A stretch of DNA of 64,000 nt from a bacterium. GTDB lineage: Bacteria; Patescibacteriota; Minisyncoccia; Phycocordibacterales; JAKAEA01. The translations under genes and the position numbers were made by a program. The notes below the pieces were generated by a model. That model ran no database searches, was not told where the DNA came from, and saw only the letters and a program-made list of their open reading frames with translations. The stretch covers positions 31,882 to 95,881 of the forward strand of contig JAKAEA010000002.1 in NCBI GenBank assembly GCA_021818465.1, given 5' to 3'. Shown here piece after piece: positions 59,440 to 64,000 of the stretch (position 1 is its first letter; each line of letters starts with the position of its first letter).

Positions 59440-60784
59440 AACCTAAAACCAATTGATTAAATTGATCACCCCGATCAAATTCATGGGTAAACAAACCGAA
59501 AGACGCAAAAGCAGGACTTAATAAAATAGTATCGCCCGGCTCGGAAGAGTCAACTGCTGCTGCAACAGCCTCAGCCATAGTTGCCGCTTCTCGAATTGGC
59601 AGGCCAAGTGTATGTAATTGTGACGAAATCCGTGTCGTACCAGATCCAGGCAACAACACGATCGTTTTAGTAAACCTTGGTAAAAAAGTTAATAATGCAC
59701 TCATATCTAACTGTTTATCAGCACCGCCCATAATAAGTATGGTGGATTTTCCCAGTGCTTGCAGTGCCGCAATAGTTGCATCTGGTGTAGTTGCCGTGGT
59801 GTCGTTATAAAAAGAGACGCCTCGCACCGTGGCCACCAACTCTAGTCGACCAGGTACGCCAGTAAAAGATTCTATAACCGACCGACTAATAGTATCAGGA
59901 ACACCAGCGGCCCGGGCTGCGGCCATGGCCACCCCAGCATTATAACGATTATGTATACCTGGTACACGTATGCGCCAACTGTCTGGCAGTGTCGCCTGAT
60001 TGGCAATGATAATTTTTTTAGCACCAGACGATGATGTTGTTTTCATATACTCTTGAAAATAAGGATTCATTGTCACCTGTTCACCGACAACACACACATC
60101 ACGTACTTTTTGATACAAAAAAATAGCCGCTTTATCAGAAAAATAACTACAAAGATTATTTTTATAATAATTTAAGTGATCAGGTAAAAATGTAGTAAAA
60201 ACGCCTATGTGGGGACTTATCTGTCGCTCAGCAAAACCTTGTAACTGCCATGAGTCAAGTTCCAAAACCGCTACATCACCAACCGCCGCTTTCGTTAAGA
60301 AAGGCAATGTTGAGATACCGCGCACATTGCCACCAAGAAACACCTTGCCAGTAGTATGTGCAGTGAAAATAGCGTGCAACAAATGAGTAACCGTTGACTT
60401 TCCGCGTGTTCCTGTAACACCAACGATTGTCGCTGGCGTATACGCAGCAAAGAGAGCCGTACTCATTTCTATAGGAATATGATTACGACGCGCTTCGGCA
60501 ATATAAGGAGAATCCAGTGGCACACCAGCTGCTTTAAGAATAAAATCACGATTACGAAAATCTTCTAGGCGATGTTCACCTAAAATATATTCTATGTGCC
60601 CATTAATCGTAGCGAGTTCACGCAAACTCGATGAAAGTTCTTCCCGAGATTTAAGATCAGTGACAATAAGCCGAGCGCCCTGTTCAGCTAAAAAACGAAC
60701 ATCACCAATCCCCCGCCCTAAAAGCCCCAGACCCATCACGGTTACTTTTTTATCTCGTATATAGTTTTGCCAATCGTTTGTCAC
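59417..60784 (-). CDS. murD: UDP-N-acetylmuramoyl-L-alanine--D-glutamate ligase
   Basis: KVTVMGLGLLGRG Rossmann motif and GVTGTRGKSTVTHLL P-loop; overlaps the murC start. Confidence 0.9.
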   Translation of the reverse strand: MTNDWQNYIRDKKVTVMGLGLLGRGIGDVRFLAEQGARLIVTDLKSREELSSSLRELATINGHIEYILGEHRLEDFRNRDFILKAAGVPLDSPYIAEARRNHIPIEMSTALFAAYTPATIVGVTGTRGKSTVTHLLHAIFTAHTTGKVFLGGNVRGISTLPFLTKAAVGDVAVLELDSWQLQGFAERQISPHIGVFTTFLPDHLNYYKNNLCSYFSDKAAIFLYQKVRDVCVVGEQVTMNPYFQEYMKTTSSSGAKKIIIANQATLPDSWRIRVPGIHNRYNAGVAMAAARAAGVPDTISRSVIESFTGVPGRLELVATVRGVSFYNDTTATTPDATIAALQALGKSTILIMGGADKQLDMSALLTFLPRFTKTIVLLPGSGTTRISSQLHTLGLPIREAATMAEAVAAAVDSSEPGDTILLSPAFASFGLFTHEFDRGDQFNQLVLGFAHNETY

Positions 60785-60815
60785 GTCAGTAGAATCAAAA
60801 AATCATCAATTAATT

Positions 60816-61100
60816 TTATTTTTTCGCCACCAAAAGAGATTTTATCTTAATGAGCTCGTGCACAAGTGATTCGAGTCGTTCCGATTCAGCGGTCAACACA
60901 TTACTGGCCTGATCAAACCTAACTAATCTGGCAAGCAATAACTTATACACGTCGTTATAGTATTGCTCTAAAATGGAAATTGTTTTGGATTCAGTTCGGG
61001 ATATTGTCGTATGTTTAATTTTTACGTCACGCTCACTGTCACGAATTAAGAACAATGGTTTACTAATAACGTAAGGACTCTTTAAAGTGGTTATATTCAT
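60816..61100 (-). CDS. Hypothetical small protein (94 aa)
   Basis: ORF between murD and radC on the same strand; predicted helical C-terminus; no recognisable family. Confidence 0.3.
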   Translation of the reverse strand: MNITTLKSPYVISKPLFLIRDSERDVKIKHTTISRTESKTISILEQYYNDVYKLLLARLVRFDQASNVLTAESERLESLVHELIKIKSLLVAKK

Positions 61101-61144
61101 ATTTTTTCGACTGCGCTTTTTAACGAAGCCGTATTACATACTAA

Positions 61145-61930
61145 TTAATACTCCGCGGGGACGCTAGCAAAGGAATGTCTTCCAACAATAATATGATCAA
61201 TAAGATGTATACCGATAAGTTTACCGACGACTATAAGTTGTTTGGTTATATCAATATCAGCCTGACTTGGCGTAACATCATCAGAAGGATGATTGTGTGC
61301 CAAAATAACCGCCACGGCGCCATATTCAATAGCAGGTTTGAAAATTTCTCGCGGATGAATAAGACTTGAATTTACCGTACCAATAGAAACAACTTCATCG
61401 TGAATTATTTTATGGTGGCTAGTAAGATAGATGCCACGCATATGTTCACGTGGCAAATCACGCATATCTTTAAGATATTCAAACACTTCATTTGGTGTAC
61501 GAATAATAGGCGCCACTGAAGGGTTTTGTGCGAAAAAACGTCTACCCAGTTCGGCACACGCCACTACTTGCATAGCTTTTTGCAAAGGGATATCTAATTC
61601 GTGTGATAATTGAGCGGCGTTAGTTTGACGTGACAATATTCGTTCACCATACTCTTTAACGATTCTCGCAGCCATAGCGAGAACATCTTCTTTTTTTGAA
61701 CCCGTCCCAAAAACAATAGCCAGAAGTTCTGCCACTGAAAGCGTCATTGGACCTGCCGCTAAAAGTTTTTCCCGAGGCTTTTCTTCCGCCAACATATCCT
61801 TAATCTTAAGAACATAGCGCCGTTCTGATATAGATGGAAAACAATTAGCTGACTCTTCATCAAGTAAGAGATCCGAATCGGCAATAGTATATACAACGCT
61901 AGTATTTTTCATGCACCCATTATACTTCAC
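61145..61930 (-). CDS. radC: RadC-family JAB/MPN-domain protein
   Basis: C-terminal ILAHNHPSDDVTPSQADIDITKQL (JAMM HxH-type motif) and N-terminal helix-hairpin-helix region. The true start may be the internal Met at 61912. Confidence 0.85.
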   Translation of the reverse strand: MKYNGCMKNTSVVYTIADSDLLLDEESANCFPSISERRYVLKIKDMLAEEKPREKLLAAGPMTLSVAELLAIVFGTGSKKEDVLAMAARIVKEYGERILSRQTNAAQLSHELDIPLQKAMQVVACAELGRRFFAQNPSVAPIIRTPNEVFEYLKDMRDLPREHMRGIYLTSHHKIIHDEVVSIGTVNSSLIHPREIFKPAIEYGAVAVILAHNHPSDDVTPSQADIDITKQLIVVGKLIGIHLIDHIIVGRHSFASVPAEY

Positions 61931-62052
61931 ATAGATAAAATTATTATTAAAATATACTAAAGAAAAAATAAAATAACCCTATAAGCAACATTTTTTAAAC
62001 TTAGACAAGTGTCCAGTAAAAAATATATAGTACAAATCGCCATTACCTAATA

Positions 62053-62137
62053 TGGTGGGCACGGAGGGATTTGAACCCTCAACCCTTTCGGGATACGCTT
62101 CTGAGACGTACGCGTATGCCAATTCCGCCACGTGCCC
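62053..62137 (-). tRNA. tRNA-Leu (anticodon CAG), class II, CCA encoded
   Basis: Hand-folded: acceptor GGGCACG/CGTGCCC; anticodon stem TACGT/GCGTA with loop CTCAGAA; long variable arm TCCCGAAAGGGT; T-arm GAGGG-TTCAAAT-CCCTC; discriminator A; CCA. Confidence 0.85.
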
Positions 62138-62173
62138 GTGGTTTTAGATTACCACATACTGTCTTTGCCGCTA

Positions 62174-63628
62174 CTAGAGCGCATTTACAAGGAGAGTGTT
62201 TGTTGTTTCGCTATGGTTACCAAGTGGCAAACCAAACGTGAGCACCGTTAAATCTTTTTTATCTCCCAATGCACGCTTGAAAATTTCATTTCGGGCAACA
62301 GTTAAAACTTGCTCAACGCGCGACATTTTTTTTACCATAACAGGAATAATGCCGAATTGTAAAAGAAGTTGACGATAGGATGTCTCATTATCAGTAAGAG
62401 CGATAACTGGCTGCAATGGTTTGTAACGAGAAATCATACGTGCAGTAAAACCTGATTGAGTCAATACAGTAATAACTTTTGCTCCAACAGAATTAGCAAC
62501 GTCTACCACCTCGCTTGCTACAGCGTTCGCCACGTGACGTGACGAGGAAAGACTTTTTTCTGTAGCTATATCTGCATGTTTGCTTTTTTGTGATTCGAGC
62601 ACGCGTTGGCAATAGAGTGGATCATGTTCCGTCTTGATTGCCACTTTAGTCATAACCTCTACCGCTTCCACAGGAAACTGTCCCAATGTTGTTTCTTCAG
62701 ACAGCATCACCGCATCGGTACCATCAAAAATTGCATTAGCAATATCAGAAACTTCAGCACGCGTTGGTACCGGTGACTTAATCATTGATTCAAGCATTTG
62801 TGTAGCGGTAATGACCGGTTTACCTACTTCATTACACTTCTTAATCATCATTTTTTGCGCTGCAGGCACATTTTCTGCGCCAATTTCCACCGCCAAATCA
62901 CCACGAGCAACCATAATGCCGTCAGAAAGTTCAAGAATACTATCAAAATTTTCTATAGCCTCAGCAGTCTCAATTTTTGAGATGATTTTTGCTGAGCTTT
63001 TAGCTTTGGTGAGTAATGCTCGCAACTCCTCAACATCTTTTGCGCGGCGCACAAATGAAAAAGCAACATAATCAACCTTATTCTGTATACCGAACTGCAA
63101 ATCTTTCTTATCTTTACTTGTCAGCGAACCAATAGACAGCCGAGCACCGGGTAAATTAACGCTTCGACGGCCTTTAGTATCACCGCCAATTATTATTTTA
63201 CACTTCACTTCCTTGCCTGAAATTTCTACTACTTCAAACTTTTTTTTACCATCATCCACCATAATACTACTGCCAACAGACAGTTCACTAGCGAGCGACG
63301 GGTAATTAAGAGAAACTCGTTTTTCATCACCCACTATTTTTTCCGGCGTCAGTGTAATATAGTCACCGGCTTTCAAAACAACACGTTCTTGATAAAAATC
63401 ACCGATACGAAACTTTGGGCCTGACAAATCTTGTAAAACGGCAGCGGGAATACCCGTTTTCTTTACAGCTTTAGCGAGATTGTCCACTTTAGCTTGATGT
63501 TCAGCAAAATCACCGTGAGAAAAATTGAGACGCATAATATTAAAACCAGCTTGCAAGAGCTTAGCAAGCATTTCAGGTGATTGTGTTGCAGGGCCGATAG
63601 TTGCCACAATTTTTGTCTTCTTATCCAT
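62174..63628 (-). CDS. pyk: Pyruvate kinase
   Basis: N-terminal KTKIVATIGPA, NFSHG, MVARGDLAVEIG and a C-terminal regulatory domain; 484 aa. Confidence 0.95.
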   Translation of the reverse strand: MDKKTKIVATIGPATQSPEMLAKLLQAGFNIMRLNFSHGDFAEHQAKVDNLAKAVKKTGIPAAVLQDLSGPKFRIGDFYQERVVLKAGDYITLTPEKIVGDEKRVSLNYPSLASELSVGSSIMVDDGKKKFEVVEISGKEVKCKIIIGGDTKGRRSVNLPGARLSIGSLTSKDKKDLQFGIQNKVDYVAFSFVRRAKDVEELRALLTKAKSSAKIISKIETAEAIENFDSILELSDGIMVARGDLAVEIGAENVPAAQKMMIKKCNEVGKPVITATQMLESMIKSPVPTRAEVSDIANAIFDGTDAVMLSEETTLGQFPVEAVEVMTKVAIKTEHDPLYCQRVLESQKSKHADIATEKSLSSSRHVANAVASEVVDVANSVGAKVITVLTQSGFTARMISRYKPLQPVIALTDNETSYRQLLLQFGIIPVMVKKMSRVEQVLTVARNEIFKRALGDKKDLTVLTFGLPLGNHSETTNTLLVNAL

Positions 63629-63672
63629 AAAGTCAGTTTTTGTTTTTTATCTTTATAAATACTACAGTGACT

Positions 63673-63698
63673 GGAAAAGCCGTCGCGTGTGCGACGGC
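63673..63698 (-). terminator. Rho-independent terminator downstream of tRNA-Ile
   Basis: GCCGTCGC-GTGT-GCGACGGC perfect 8-bp stem followed on the minus strand by TTTTCC. Confidence 0.45.
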
Positions 63699-63772
63699 CT
63701 CATCCACTAAAACTTCTTACGATAGTATCAAAACCATTCTCTCTGGTCAAGAATACCTGTTACGCTGTTTAG

Positions 63773-63846
63773 TGGGCGTACCACGACTCGAACGTGGGAC
63801 CTCGTCATTATCAGTGACGCGCTCTAACCACCTGAGCTATACGCCC
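63773..63846 (-). tRNA. tRNA-Ile (anticodon GAT), CCA not encoded
   Basis: Hand-folded: acceptor GGGCGTA/TACGCCC; D-arm GCTC-AGGTGGTTA-GAGC; anticodon stem CGTCA/TGACG with loop CTGATAA; T-arm CCACG-TTCGAGT-CGTGG. Confidence 0.85.
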
Positions 63847-63901
63847 GTCTACGTTGAGGGAATATAGCAGAAAAAAACGTTCTTGGCAAAAACCAGTTAA
63901 G

Positions 63902-63936
63902 AAAAAAGCCGCGGCTAGTGTGGTCTAGTCGCGGCT
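63902..63936 (-). terminator. Rho-independent terminator for a minus-strand gene lying beyond the window end
   Basis: AGCCGCGGCTAG / CTAGTCGCGGCT 12-bp stem with one mismatch, followed on the minus strand by T6. Confidence 0.45.
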
Positions 63937-64000
63937 TATATCAAGAACTCATCTTTCGGAGTGAAGGACTTTTTCAACCTTCCTCCAATAGCTTAAGGTA

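Noticed and set aside
63640-63867. 75-aa plus-strand ORF
   Set aside because: Overlaps the antisense strand of tRNA-Ile and its terminator; no coding signal.
63937-64000. Window-end sequence containing CCTTCCTCC, considered as a possible rRNA 3' end
   Set aside because: It does not match the conserved 16S 3' terminus (GATCACCTCCTTA) on either strand, and no other rRNA-like conserved blocks were seen.

Overview
This 64-kb window looks like a gene-dense segment of a small bacterial chromosome. Almost all genes are on the minus strand. Gene content suggests a Patescibacteria/CPR-like organism, but this is inference only: a compact non-oxidative pentose-phosphate/lower-glycolysis cluster with a split transketolase, many GT4 glycosyltransferases, a TPR-fused O-antigen-ligase-like protein, RadC and tRNAs. 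Supported content, in order: a secreted coiled-coil protein with an MltB/SLT-like C-terminal domain (partial at the window start); rplY-fba-pfkB-tktCN-rpe-rpiB-gap; DUF192; a cytochrome-b6-like membrane protein fused to a large extracytoplasmic domain; a P3-type P-type ATPase; a short AT-rich island next to tRNA-Ser(GGA) carrying an orphan 209-aa gene and an AlkD-family DNA-alkylation-repair gene interrupted by a single in-frame TGA; htpX-lemA; a large cell-surface repeat protein with a C-terminal peptidoglycan-binding domain; groES-groEL with a sigma70-like promoter bracketed by a non-CIRCE inverted repeat; secG; a family-5 solute-binding protein; RNase J with an Arg/Gly-rich N-terminal extension; an MFS transporter; an operon pairing MscL (with a C-terminal zinc-ribbon tail) with HlyD, a SAM methyltransferase and two small membrane proteins; an OmpR-type two-component system; murB; a ~16.5-kb cell-envelope glycan biosynthesis cluster (Wzy-like/TPR, Wzx flippase, three methyltransferases, GT9, polysaccharide deacetylase, six or more GT4 including a tandem-GT4 fusion); an orphan TraG/VirD4/HerA-like ATPase divergent from two AT-rich K/E-rich helical proteins; a GH-like membrane protein; DedA; murC-murD; radC; tRNA-Leu(CAG); pyk; tRNA-Ile(GAT). 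No CRISPR array, integrase, transposase or rRNA was found. The most notable items are the orphan cytochrome-b-like protein, the tRNA-Ser-adjacent AT-rich island with the TGA-interrupted alkD-like gene, the orphan ATPase module, and the zinc-ribbon MscL operon.
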